The translations under genes were made by a program, and so were the position numbers. A DNA stretch of 64,000 nucleotides from Promethearchaeia archaeon. Lineage in GTDB: Archaea; Asgardarchaeota; Lokiarchaeia; Sigyniarchaeales; SOKP01. The notes under the pieces were generated by a model, which was given only the letters and a program-made list of their open reading frames with translations, was not told the DNA's origin and searched no databases. Positions 47,556 to 57,763 of this stretch are shown here, in pieces. The stretch lies in contig JAHQWG010000028.1 in assembly GCA_029856045.1 (NCBI GenBank), forward strand, positions 128,001 through 192,000, given 5' to 3'. Each line of letters begins with the position of its first letter. Position 1 is the first letter of the stretch.

Positions 47556-49046
47556 TTAAGGAAGCATTAACCTCCCTGGATGCATTATAAAATTAGGATC
47601 AAACATTTTCTTAACCTCTCTTAAATATTTTAGGTATGTACCTGCTTGAGAATACATCATTGGTGCATGGATGTAAGGATCCGGTCGATAATTTAACCAA
47701 CCTCTTTTTATGGAATATTCAGTGGTGATACGATTAATTTCTTGTACTTTTTCAAAATCTTCTTGTTTCGTTGAGTCAAAACAAATTATTGGCATACAAA
47801 TAGCTTGTCTACATCTTTCAATGCTTGCAATCCACATTACCGGTGCAATACCATGATCTTCAAGGACCTTATTATACATTTCAGCAAATTCAGCACAATC
47901 TTTCCATGGCGTATACCATGTTATAAAGAGAAATCCAGCTTCCCAGTAGCCATATGGAATTGCAATTTTATTAGGTTTCTTTAGTCTACTGGCAATTTGT
48001 TTTGGATGTAATTCTTGTTTTATTATAGCTTTTGGATCTTTACATTCTTTAGATTCCATAAATTTCTTAGCAAATTCATCAATTCTTTTTTCAGTATATT
48101 CTAATTCTTCTTGAGTTTGTGCCCAGACTTCAAAATTCATCCACCACCTAGAAAATCCAATTTCTTTATAAAATTCGTAATCATGAGGAACTTTCTCTTT
48201 AGGCCAGCGCGTCATTACAAGTGGATAATTTCCACCTTGAACCATAACACAGTGATGTGCAATTCCAAATTCTTGATTTCCAATTTGCCATGTTAAATTT
48301 TGCATATCCTGTGGGTTACTCATGCCCCAAACCACAACAGTCTTATGTTCTGGATGGGGAAAGATTTTAATTGCTACTTTTGTGATGACCCCCATAGTTC
48401 CTTGCGAGCCCATTAAGGTAGACCACAAATCTGGTCCTATCCCATATTTATAAAATGGTTTTGCCGTAGGGAGAGCCCACGAACCTGTATAGAGTATATC
48501 ACCTCTTGGAATGACTACCTCCGCTGCCATAAATATATCTCCTTGAGGCCCCATGGATGAGGTGACTAAAGAGAACCCTCGATCAATTGCATCTCCCATA
48601 ACGGTTGATGAAGGAGGAGCTCCATCGGGAATGGGAGGACAATATTCTGGGGTGTGCTTATGCATATATGCCCATAATTGACCAAGAGTTACTCCGGGTT
48701 CAATTATTGCAATTCTATTTTCGGTATCAATTTCTATTATTCTATCCATTCTACTTAAATCTAATACAACGCCTCCGGGTCTTATTAATGGGCATGCGAA
48801 CCCTCCAGATAATCCTCCAGAAATAGGCGACACTGGAATCTTCTCTTGAGAGCAATAAACAAGAATTTTTCTAATTTCTTCAGGATATTTTGGACGAATG
48901 ACGATGTCAGGGATTTGAGATTCGAGTCCCATAACGCTTTTACTAAGATAGGACGCACAGATTGCATCATTTGCAGTTGCATAATTTTTACCTACTATTC
49001 CAATCATAGCCTCCAAATCTTTATTATCAGGTTTTTTGTAGCTCAT
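47556..49046 (-). CDS. FAD-binding oxidoreductase (VAO/PCMH-GlcD family)
   Basis: PDIVIRP, GGVVLDLSRMDRIIEID, EPGVT, GSQGTMGVITK, KKMFDPNFIMHPG. Confidence 0.92.
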   Translation of the reverse strand: MSYKKPDNKDLEAMIGIVGKNYATANDAICASYLSKSVMGLESQIPDIVIRPKYPEEIRKILVYCSQEKIPVSPISGGLSGGFACPLIRPGGVVLDLSRMDRIIEIDTENRIAIIEPGVTLGQLWAYMHKHTPEYCPPIPDGAPPSSTVMGDAIDRGFSLVTSSMGPQGDIFMAAEVVIPRGDILYTGSWALPTAKPFYKYGIGPDLWSTLMGSQGTMGVITKVAIKIFPHPEHKTVVVWGMSNPQDMQNLTWQIGNQEFGIAHHCVMVQGGNYPLVMTRWPKEKVPHDYEFYKEIGFSRWWMNFEVWAQTQEELEYTEKRIDEFAKKFMESKECKDPKAIIKQELHPKQIASRLKKPNKIAIPYGYWEAGFLFITWYTPWKDCAEFAEMYNKVLEDHGIAPVMWIASIERCRQAICMPIICFDSTKQEDFEKVQEINRITTEYSIKRGWLNYRPDPYIHAPMMYSQAGTYLKYLREVKKMFDPNFIMHPGRLMLP

Positions 49047-49477
49047 AGTTTTTTCCTCGAAATTATATTTTTTATTTTTTATGACTTCTTTTCATAGTTA
49101 AATAAATTGAAAATAACATTTAGAGTAATTATTTACCAAATTTTAAATTTACTTTTTTAAAATTTAAACCATCAATGTTATTTCTCAACAAATTTTTAGA
49201 GAAAATGATTAACTCTAATGATCAAAGTTAAATATCGAGATAAAGATTCTTTAATGAAATAAAATATTGATGGTTATAAGAGAAATAAAGAATATTTTCT
49301 AAAAAAAACATAATATCTCAAAATTGCGCTACCTTTTTATTTTAAATAACTCAATCTATTCTTCTGGTACTTTCAAGGATTTTCATTATTTCAATAAATA
49401 AATCAATTTTTCTTATGAATCTTCAATTTAGATAGAAAATCTATGAAAAAATTCATATTTAAAACAATGTTCAATTA

Positions 49478-49978
49478 TTAAGCAAAATAAGTTTGGCTTT
49501 CTCTATCAAAACCCTTTACGTATTCAATCTCCATCTCACTCGGGTCTATATCAGAGGGTGCATATATTAAATGTAAATTAGGAAAATAGACCCCTAGCCC
49601 ACGTCTTGCCAAAACAACCGCTGGATGTGAAAGATTACTAAAAGTTTTTTCAGTAATCTCACGGGTAATTGTTCGACAGGCGTGTTCGTCAAAAACACCT
49701 AAAGAATGAATATATTCGTGCAGTAGGATATGATAAGTATATGCCCACACGATATTATTTGATTGTTCTGTAATTATTATTTTTAAAGGGGTTCTATTCA
49801 TTAGAATCATTGTCCCACCAGGAAAAAACATTCCACCGATAAAATTTCCTTTGAACATACCCATATCTACCAATCCCAAACTTAAACCTGCCCTATGATG
49901 TCCTACTGCTCTTCGAACATCATCTTTAACCTTTTCGAAAATATCAGGCATCTGCTCTATTAATTCTTGTAAGTTCAT
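49478..49978 (-). CDS. Small zincin-like metallopeptidase (conserved archaeal protein)
   Basis: HILLHEYIHSLG (HExxH) motif. Confidence 0.75.
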   Translation of the reverse strand: MNLQELIEQMPDIFEKVKDDVRRAVGHHRAGLSLGLVDMGMFKGNFIGGMFFPGGTMILMNRTPLKIIITEQSNNIVWAYTYHILLHEYIHSLGVFDEHACRTITREITEKTFSNLSHPAVVLARRGLGVYFPNLHLIYAPSDIDPSEMEIEYVKGFDRESQTYFA

Positions 49979-50175
49979 GTATATTTTTTAAATCAATTCC
50001 GGAAATAAAAATTTATTTTCTATTTTTCATAGATTATATACCATTATTGGTTTTCAAAATAACAAAAGTCTTACTAGAGATTAATAAAAATTAACATCTA
50101 GAAATAAAAAAAAAGTCCTAAAACTCAATGAAAAGGTAAAAAAGAAAATTATAACATAAGATATCAATAATAATT

Positions 50176-50856
50176 TTACTTTTTATCATACTTTTTTAAA
50201 AATTCATCATCAATAGGTGCGGTTCCATTTCCATATATATGATATAATGCTGTTCTTCTAGCGCATTCATAAAAACTTCTATATACATCCCTTTTTAAAT
50301 CATATAGTGCGCAAGTTTCAAAAATAATAGGGTTCCATAATGATAATTTGTTAGGTGGAGAATACCATAATCCTTCTTCCTTTAAAATATGCTCAAATTC
50401 ACTGGTACCAATTGTTTCATCTAAGTCCTTTTTATTTAACATTATAACCATAGGAATTTCTTTTATTAAATCTCCTTGAGCTACTTTTTTTAATTCTTTT
50501 AATGATTCAATATTATCTTCAAAAAGATTAGTTTGAGAATCCGCAACGAATAGTACACCATCTGTTCCTTCGTATACTGTCTTTCTTAATGGAGAAAATT
50601 GAGTTTGCCCTGCAACGGTGTAAATATGGTAAAAAATCTTGGGAGTTTTTGTAGATTGAAAAATCCCTCTATCAAAGTATAAAGTAGAACCACTAGCCAT
50701 ATCTATTTTTTTTAAATCTCCTGTGGGTGTTATATCTTTCTTTTGCTCTTTTGTAAGACGATGTAGAGTGTCTACAATAGTAGTTTTACCAGAGCCTGCC
50801 ATCCCCCAGTATAATATTTTTATGTGTATTCGACCATCCTCTTCAATTCTTACCAT
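50176..50856 (-). CDS. MglA-like small GTPase, paralog 2
   Basis: KILYWGMAGSGKTT, TLYFD, TVAGQ, FVADS, NKKD, ETCA. Confidence 0.92.
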   Translation of the reverse strand: MVRIEEDGRIHIKILYWGMAGSGKTTIVDTLHRLTKEQKKDITPTGDLKKIDMASGSTLYFDRGIFQSTKTPKIFYHIYTVAGQTQFSPLRKTVYEGTDGVLFVADSQTNLFEDNIESLKELKKVAQGDLIKEIPMVIMLNKKDLDETIGTSEFEHILKEEGLWYSPPNKLSLWNPIIFETCALYDLKRDVYRSFYECARRTALYHIYGNGTAPIDDEFLKKYDKK

Positions 50857-51152
50857 AAAAAAATCTGCCTTTGATCGGGATTTCTTAAATTATAAAATAA
50901 TAATGATATAATCTAATTACAATCTTTTAATTTTTAATAATATTTTTTTTTTACAATAATTTTAACATAGTTTGAACATTTAAATAAAATTTATGGCTAA
51001 AAACTCAATAGGTATATTAAAATTTTATAATGAAAATCATTAAATATTTCTAATACAAAAAGTTTTCTAATAAGATCAAAATTTTATTAATATAAATTAT
51101 CTTTCTAAAAAGTGCAAAATATGTATATAATAAAAATGAGAGAGATTTCTGG

Positions 51153-51995
51153 GTGATTTTGTTGAAATCCAAATCTTTAAATATTGTCGCAATTATTGCT
51201 CATCCCGACGACCTAACATTCTTCTGTGCGGGAACAATAGCTAAGTGGGCAGAAGAAGGGCATAATATTTATGTGTTATGTTGCACAAGCGGAAATATAG
51301 GAACAGTAAGAACTGATTTAATAAAGAAACAGGTAGCCGATATGCGAGAAAAAGAACTCAGAGCTTCCAATAAAATACTTGGAGTGAAAGAGAATATAAT
51401 GTTAGGATATCCAGATGGAGGATTTATACCTGGTCCTGAACTACGAGAAAAACTCGTCTATTATGTTAGGAAACTAAAGGCAGACCGAATAGTAACTTTT
51501 GATCCTTGGGCAACTTATGAAGTTCATCCCGACCACTTAATTGTAGGACGAATGGCATCAGAGGCAGGAGCTTTCGCAGTTTTCCCATTGTTATATCCTG
51601 AACAAATTAAAGAAGGAGTGGAACCCTATACTTGCTCTGAAGTATGGTATATGGGGCTACTTGGTCACCTACCCAACTACTTTGTAGACATCTCTTCAAC
51701 CCTCGAAAAGAAAATTAATGCCATCCTAAAGTTTGAAGCCTCACTAACACTCGTAGCTCAATTATTTGCACCAAATATTGACCCTGCCAATGTTGGTCCA
51801 GAGGATCTGAAAAAATTATCCAAATATGCAAATAAATTGTTTCGTTCCATGGCGGCTGGCGTCGGACAGAAGGTTAAACTTAACGCAGCCGAAGCATTCT
51901 ATGTTCAAAAAATTCTACCTGGACACTTCGATAACTTTCAAGAGCAGATGAGGGAAATGCTGGGAAATCCTCCTGAACCACCCAAAATCTGCTAA
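51153..51995 (+). CDS. PIG-L/LmbE family deacetylase
   Basis: AHPDD, TSGN.G, RE.E, YPDG, HPDH, VDIS. Confidence 0.92.
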   Translation: MILLKSKSLNIVAIIAHPDDLTFFCAGTIAKWAEEGHNIYVLCCTSGNIGTVRTDLIKKQVADMREKELRASNKILGVKENIMLGYPDGGFIPGPELREKLVYYVRKLKADRIVTFDPWATYEVHPDHLIVGRMASEAGAFAVFPLLYPEQIKEGVEPYTCSEVWYMGLLGHLPNYFVDISSTLEKKINAILKFEASLTLVAQLFAPNIDPANVGPEDLKKLSKYANKLFRSMAAGVGQKVKLNAAEAFYVQKILPGHFDNFQEQMREMLGNPPEPPKIC

Positions 51996-52283
51996 ATGAA
52001 ATAATCAAGGTTAGATTTAATATAATTTTCAGCCATAAAATCAGAGATACTGATTTTATAATCAAATTGCATATCTATTTTTTTAATATTCTTTTTTTAT
52101 CAGAAAATTCATTGCAACTTAAAAATTGTTATTATTATATTATGGAGAAAAGTTAGATCAATTAGTCACTTTACAATATAAAACATTAAATAATACTTTA
52201 ACAAAAAATATTCTAATACATTTTAAAAAATTTTAATAAAAAATTAGTAAAATTCGATTTTTAAAGATACAAATAAAAAAAAA

Positions 52284-53702
52284 GTGAAATATATGGCTGA
52301 AAGTAAAATAATGCGAAAATTTTCAAGAAAACAAAAATTATTTTGGGCTAGTGCTGCTTTCGGCGGCGCAATCATTTCTAATATTTATGGTGCTACATTA
52401 CAATACTTTTATCATGTTTATATGAACTTAGGAGCTTCTTGGATTGCACTATCTGCTTTATTGTATGCTATATGGAATGCCGTAAATGATCCATTATTCG
52501 GATTTTGGTCAGATAGAAGTCGCAGCAAAAAGGGTCGGCGTATCCCTTTCATGAGATATTCAGCACCATTTTTGGGATTAACTTTCATTTTAGTCTGGTT
52601 AGTTCCAATAGGTTTGGATCAAATTGGGATATTCATTTGGATGTTGGTGACCATGGCCCTTTACGATACATTCTACACAATTATCTTTTTAGTCTATTCA
52701 GCGCTTCTTCCAGAAATTACAGAAGATGAGAATGAAAGAGGGGCACTTCAAACGTATGGTTCTTTATTAACATTAGTGGGAATGATTTTAGGATTTGTTT
52801 TACCAGAGGTATTACGACCTCATGTAGGTCAAACAGATCTATTCCCCTTCTATATAGGAATGATGATTATAGGGATTATTGGTGCGTTGCTTATCTTGAT
52901 TACAACTTATAAGTTTAAAGAACGTCCAGAATTCACTCTAGTAGATATCCCTCTTAGTTTAAAAGATTCATTGAAATATACCTTTAAGAGTAAATCATTT
53001 ATAATATTAGTAAGTGCGAATTTTATGACTATTTTTATGCAACAACTACTGCTTAGCCACATTTTTTATTTAGCTGATTATGTTATGCAAGTTAGTTCGA
53101 TATTATTATTTTTATGTGTCATTATTGGACTTCTAGCTGGGACATTTGTTGCCAATATTCTTGCAGGTAAATTCGGTGTTGTTAAAGCTAATCAACTACT
53201 TTTGCTAATCGGTTCTATTCCTTTAATATTAATCTTTTTCGTTGATGGGGTCATTATATATGTCTTTCAAATCTTAGCTGGCTTTGGATTATCTGGTCCA
53301 TTAGTTTTAACAAATGTTCTCTTCGCACAAGTTTGTGATGAAGATGAAATAAGGTCAGGTGTTCGAAGAGAAGCTGCTTTCTTCGGAATAAATGCATTGG
53401 TTACAAAACCCGCTCAATCTCTCTCTTTAATAATAGGTCCATCGTTATTAACGATTGCGGGTTTTTTAACATCTCCGACAGGTGAAATTATTTTGTCACA
53501 ACCCACATCTGCATTATTGGCAATAAAAGCACTAGTTGGTTTAATTCCAGGATTAGCGGTATTAATTGGCGCAATAATCCTTATATGGTATCCTCTTAAA
53601 GGAGATTATCTGAAAGAAGTTAAACAGAAAATCCTTGATATACATGGTGAAAAAGAATTAAAATTAAAGGAATTACAATCAAAGAATATATCTAAAGAGT
53701 AG
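52284..53702 (+). CDS. MFS transporter, GPH (MelB-like) family
   Basis: WNAVNDPLFGFWSDRSRSKKGRRIPF, RREAAFFG, about 12 TM. Confidence 0.93.
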   Translation: MKYMAESKIMRKFSRKQKLFWASAAFGGAIISNIYGATLQYFYHVYMNLGASWIALSALLYAIWNAVNDPLFGFWSDRSRSKKGRRIPFMRYSAPFLGLTFILVWLVPIGLDQIGIFIWMLVTMALYDTFYTIIFLVYSALLPEITEDENERGALQTYGSLLTLVGMILGFVLPEVLRPHVGQTDLFPFYIGMMIIGIIGALLILITTYKFKERPEFTLVDIPLSLKDSLKYTFKSKSFIILVSANFMTIFMQQLLLSHIFYLADYVMQVSSILLFLCVIIGLLAGTFVANILAGKFGVVKANQLLLLIGSIPLILIFFVDGVIIYVFQILAGFGLSGPLVLTNVLFAQVCDEDEIRSGVRREAAFFGINALVTKPAQSLSLIIGPSLLTIAGFLTSPTGEIILSQPTSALLAIKALVGLIPGLAVLIGAIILIWYPLKGDYLKEVKQKILDIHGEKELKLKELQSKNISKE

Positions 53703-53781
53703 CGATATTAAGTAATAAAAAAAAACAAATCTATTTAAAATTTTAAATCTTTTTTTTTGATTTTTTCTTTTTTCTCATTAG

Positions 53782-53815
53782 ATTAAAGTTTTTATTTACT
53801 TTATCTAATCTTATA
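53782..53815 (+). repeat. ~34-bp promoter-like element, repeated at 54926-54960
   Basis: attaaagtttttatttactttatctaatcttata vs attaaaccttttatttctttttatctaatcttata. Confidence 0.6.
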
Positions 53816-53948
53816 TTAAATTCTAAACGAATTATAATAAAAACTACAAAAACCGCTTTGAGTATTTTAAATTTAAAGGAATCTAAATGAGTCATACCAA
53901 ACAAAGAAAGATTTAGGAAAAATAGAAAATAAAAGAGCTGATATAAAA

Positions 53949-54920
53949 ATGAGTATTGATAATAACAAAAAAAAAATTTTTATGATTACTTTTCTTATAT
54001 CATATAAATGCACTAATGAATGCAAGCATTGTGCGCTTCTAGGATCACCAAATCAAGACGAAATTACAATAAAATTAGAGGATGTAAAAAGCTATTTAGA
54101 AGACTTAACATCAAATTATATAGTTGAAGAAGTCGGTTTTTTTGGAGGAGAACCTCTACTTAATTTTAATTTACTAGTTAGCCTCATTGAAGAAGTGAAG
54201 AGATTTGATATTACAAAGATTGGATTACCAACGAATGGATATTGGGGAAAAAGTGATTTAATTGCTAAGAAATATGCCCTAAAGTTAAAAGAAGCGGGAT
54301 TATATCGCATTGGTTTTAGCGTTGACGCATTTCATCAAGAATTTATTTCGCTCGATGTCGTAAGGCGAGCAATAAAAGCTGCTCATGAAGTTGGGATTGA
54401 ATGGATAGCTTTGATGCCCAAATATCTAGGATCGGAAAATGAAAAAAATCTTTTTAATGAACAAACTAAAAGTATGATTGATGTTCTTTCAAAAGAGTTT
54501 GAGTTTTGCGAGGTAATAAAGAGTGAGGTAATAGTGACAGGTCGAGCCACACAAGAACTATCAAAATATTACTCAATGAACGCAATACCCTCAGATAAAT
54601 GCCTTATTCTTAAGACTCCGGTGTTTTCAATTGATCCAAATGGATGGGTTTCTCATCAATCGTGTCATGGAATTTGTATCGGGAATGCCAAGAAAAAATC
54701 TGTGTCTGAAATAATAAGTGAGTATAACTATAGAAAACATCCGATAATAGGTAAGTTAGTAGCTAAGGGAGGACCTAAAAATCTTCTTGAAATCGCGATT
54801 GAAAAAGGATATAAGCCTCAAAATGGATATGTGGATAAATGTCACCTCTGCTTTTGTGCGCGGAATTTTCTCCGTCCTTTTTATCCAAATATCCTCGAAC
54901 CTTCAAATTTGTACTTTTAA
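53949..54920 (+). CDS. Radical SAM protein
   Basis: CTNECKHC (CxxxCxxC), FGGEP, TNG, SVDAFH; C-terminal Cys cluster (CHG, DKCHLC). Confidence 0.92.
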   Translation: MSIDNNKKKIFMITFLISYKCTNECKHCALLGSPNQDEITIKLEDVKSYLEDLTSNYIVEEVGFFGGEPLLNFNLLVSLIEEVKRFDITKIGLPTNGYWGKSDLIAKKYALKLKEAGLYRIGFSVDAFHQEFISLDVVRRAIKAAHEVGIEWIALMPKYLGSENEKNLFNEQTKSMIDVLSKEFEFCEVIKSEVIVTGRATQELSKYYSMNAIPSDKCLILKTPVFSIDPNGWVSHQSCHGICIGNAKKKSVSEIISEYNYRKHPIIGKLVAKGGPKNLLEIAIEKGYKPQNGYVDKCHLCFCARNFLRPFYPNILEPSNLYF

Positions 54921-54925
54921 AAAAA

Positions 54926-54960
54926 ATTAAACCTTTTATTTCTTTTTATCTAATCTTATA
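54926..54960 (+). promoter_or_regulatory. Second copy of the ~34-bp element; probable leaderless promoter of the FAD oxidoreductase
   Basis: TTTTATTT box about 25-30 nt upstream of the ATG at 54964; matches 53782-53815. Confidence 0.5.
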
Positions 54961-54963
54961 ATT

Positions 54964-56478
54964 ATGACTTTAATACAAAAATTACAAAATATTGTTACTG
55001 AAAAATTTGCTTCTGATGATATTTACGTGCGCCATGCTTACAGTCGTAATGTACATCCGGATTTACAAGGCGTTCCAGAATATGTAGTTAGACCAAAAGA
55101 TGCTAAGGAAATATCAGAAATCCTAAAAGTAGCCAATGAAGAAAATATTCCCGTTATACCACGTGGTGGTGGAGATTGTGAATGGGGAGGCAGTATAGCA
55201 ACTGGAGATGTCGGAATTATCTTAGATATGAAGAGAATGGATAATATCATGAATCTTGATGAAGAGAATCTTATTTGCACGGTAGAGGCTGGAATTTCAT
55301 GGGGAAAATTAAATGAATATTTATCTCGGTTTGGACTTTATACTGGTTGTATGGGTCCAGGAAGTGGTTTAACTGCTTCAATTGGTGGTGGAATCTCTCA
55401 TCACTCTGTAGGTGCTGGTGGGTGCGCTAAATATGGAGCTTGCACAAACCAACTCGTCTCTTTGGAAGTAGTCCTTCCCACAGGTGAAATAATTGAGACA
55501 GGATCTCAAGCTAATAAATTTTCAAAGTTTCCCTTCAACAGATTTGGCAACGGACCTGATCTGGCAGGATTATTTTGTGGAGATAACGGAATTTATGGTG
55601 TTAAAACTAAGGTTTCCTTACAAGTATTTCCAAAACCTCCCTTTGCGAATTATAAAACATTTCTGTGTCCGCGGAATTCAGCTGAAGTTGCTGCTCAAAT
55701 TTTTACTGAAATAAGACAAAAAGGAATAGATGTTTATGATGCCATGTATATTGATGAGATCCTTATAAAACTTGGTACTAATACATTCGGAATGTATCCA
55801 ATGTTTGAGCATCTAAAAAGAAAAAGGGGTATAGTCTTTTATGTCGTAGAAGCAAATTCTGAACAAGAATTAGAAGAAAAAATTAAACAATTGGATAATA
55901 TTCTTTTAAGTAATAAAGCCGAAGAGTTGGGTTCAGAGATTGCGGATGGCAATTTCGCAAAATGGCATTATACCGAAGGACAATGGCAGACATATCATAA
56001 TTGCTGGGGAATTATACCCACTTTTGAAAATATTACCACGGAATGCTTTACACCAATAAAATCTTTTCCTAAAATTCTCAAAGATATCGAAGTATGGGAT
56101 ATAGAAAATGAAGAAAACATGAAAAAAATCGAGGAAATAGCGGGATTTCGTCCAATTAGTGGGACTGGAGTTGTTCCATTGGTTGATGGTAATAATGTAG
56201 AATTAACTTGCGGATTTACCACTTTTGGTTGTTATCATGATGGAGAATACCATGAAATTATCAAAGATATCAATCTTAAATTGTGGAAATCATTTTTAAC
56301 CTTGGTTTTAAAACATGGCGTCCAATTTTATATGATGGGTAGCATTCCCTCTCGTCTTATGGTTGAAATTGGTGCCTATACTTCAGAATATTATAACCTT
56401 ATGAAATCGATTAAAAAAACCCTCGATCCACACATGATTTTAAGTCGTGGGAAATTTAATTTTTGGGAGGATGATTAA
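54964..56478 (+). CDS. FAD-binding oxidoreductase (VAO/GlcD family), copy A
   Basis: PEYVVRP, PRGGG, DMKRMD.I, EAGISW, GDNGIYGVKTK, IKKTLDP. Confidence 0.92.
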   Translation: MTLIQKLQNIVTEKFASDDIYVRHAYSRNVHPDLQGVPEYVVRPKDAKEISEILKVANEENIPVIPRGGGDCEWGGSIATGDVGIILDMKRMDNIMNLDEENLICTVEAGISWGKLNEYLSRFGLYTGCMGPGSGLTASIGGGISHHSVGAGGCAKYGACTNQLVSLEVVLPTGEIIETGSQANKFSKFPFNRFGNGPDLAGLFCGDNGIYGVKTKVSLQVFPKPPFANYKTFLCPRNSAEVAAQIFTEIRQKGIDVYDAMYIDEILIKLGTNTFGMYPMFEHLKRKRGIVFYVVEANSEQELEEKIKQLDNILLSNKAEELGSEIADGNFAKWHYTEGQWQTYHNCWGIIPTFENITTECFTPIKSFPKILKDIEVWDIENEENMKKIEEIAGFRPISGTGVVPLVDGNNVELTCGFTTFGCYHDGEYHEIIKDINLKLWKSFLTLVLKHGVQFYMMGSIPSRLMVEIGAYTSEYYNLMKSIKKTLDPHMILSRGKFNFWEDD

Positions 56479-56481
56479 AAG

Positions 56482-57705
56482 ATGAGCAAAATAGAAAATT
56501 TAAAAAAGCAATGGGAAGCTATTATGTCCTGCATGGGGTGCGGTGATTGTGGCTTTGCCATAAGACCAGCGGTGGGGAGATATTTGGTCTGTCCTGTAAA
56601 AGAAGCCAAAGGAGAAGAAGGTTTTGAAATTTGGTTTGCCCGAGGTAGAATGAATGTTCTTAAAAGTATTTTGGAGGGGAAACTCGAATTAAGTAAAGAT
56701 TTAGCGGAGTTTGCTTATCAGTGCTCTGAATGTGGCTCTTGTACGGACACGTGTCATGAAACACATAATCCATATATTATCCTTAATACCTCAAAATGGA
56801 TTGACCATGTAGAAGTATGGCACGCTTTAAGGCAAGATTTAATTAAAGCAGGTTTTGCGCCACTTGACCGCCATGCCAAATTAATTGAATACATGAATAA
56901 TCCAGATATGAGAAATCCTTATGGTGAGCCTAAAGAGAAAAAGTTTGAGTGGCTCAATGATGTTAAAGGAGTTTCTAAAACAGGGGATCTCGCTTTTTAT
57001 GCTGGTTGCACTGAACCACTAAGACAAAAGGAAACCTTATTAAATCTAGCCAAAATTTTCAATGCCGCAGGTAAAGAATTTGCTGTTATAGAAGATGAAT
57101 GGTGCTGTGGGTCTATTTCAATACGTATTGGGGATATTGAAGCTGTTAAACCTAATATTGAACATAATATTGAACAGATTAAAAAAACTGGAGCAAAAAA
57201 GGTATTTGTGGCTTGTGCAGGATGTTATAGGACTTTAAAAAAGGACTGGCCTGAAATATTTGGTCAAGATTTGCCGTTTGAAGTTGTTAATGTTACAGAA
57301 GTTCTCTTAGATCTAATCAACAATGAAAGTTTAAAAATTCCTGAAAAGGATACAGAAGTAATAAAAGTTGCCTATCATGACCCTTGTCATTTAGGACGGC
57401 ATATGGATTTTTACGAACCACCTCGAGAAGTTATTGCAAAAATACCAAATACAGAAATGATTGAATTAAGGCGAAATAGAAATAATGCTTGGTGTTGTGG
57501 CGCTGGAGGTGGAGTAAAAAGTCAATTTCCTGAATTGGCTTTGGATATTGCAAAAGATAGAATTGATGAGGCAGTTGAGTCCGGTATAGATATATTGCTT
57601 ACAGAATGTCCATTTTGTGTCGGAAATTTAGCAGATAGTGTAAAAAAAGAAAACACAAATATGAAAGTATTAGATATCATTGATTACATTGCTACAAAAA
57701 TATAA
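56482..57705 (+). CDS. Fe-S/CCG-domain oxidoreductase subunit (GlcF/HdrD-like)
   Basis: CMGCGDC, CSECGSCTDTC, WCCG, CAGC, YHDPCHLGR, CCGAGGG, CPFC. Confidence 0.92.
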   Translation: MSKIENLKKQWEAIMSCMGCGDCGFAIRPAVGRYLVCPVKEAKGEEGFEIWFARGRMNVLKSILEGKLELSKDLAEFAYQCSECGSCTDTCHETHNPYIILNTSKWIDHVEVWHALRQDLIKAGFAPLDRHAKLIEYMNNPDMRNPYGEPKEKKFEWLNDVKGVSKTGDLAFYAGCTEPLRQKETLLNLAKIFNAAGKEFAVIEDEWCCGSISIRIGDIEAVKPNIEHNIEQIKKTGAKKVFVACAGCYRTLKKDWPEIFGQDLPFEVVNVTEVLLDLINNESLKIPEKDTEVIKVAYHDPCHLGRHMDFYEPPREVIAKIPNTEMIELRRNRNNAWCCGAGGGVKSQFPELALDIAKDRIDEAVESGIDILLTECPFCVGNLADSVKKENTNMKVLDIIDYIATKI

Positions 57706-57763
57706 AATATTTAAATCAAATTTTATTTTTAAAATTTTTTAAGATTTTTCTAAGGAATGAAAT

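Noticed and set aside
49438-50035. 13-bp inverted repeat (AATCTATGAAAAA / TTTTTCATAGATT) flanking the metallopeptidase gene as possible transposon ends
   Set aside because: Short and AT-rich, with no transposase or target-site duplication; plausible by chance
46222-57705. Selenocysteine readthrough in the HdrD-like Fe-S proteins
   Set aside because: The ORFs are full length with Cys codons at the motifs; no truncating in-frame TGA seen
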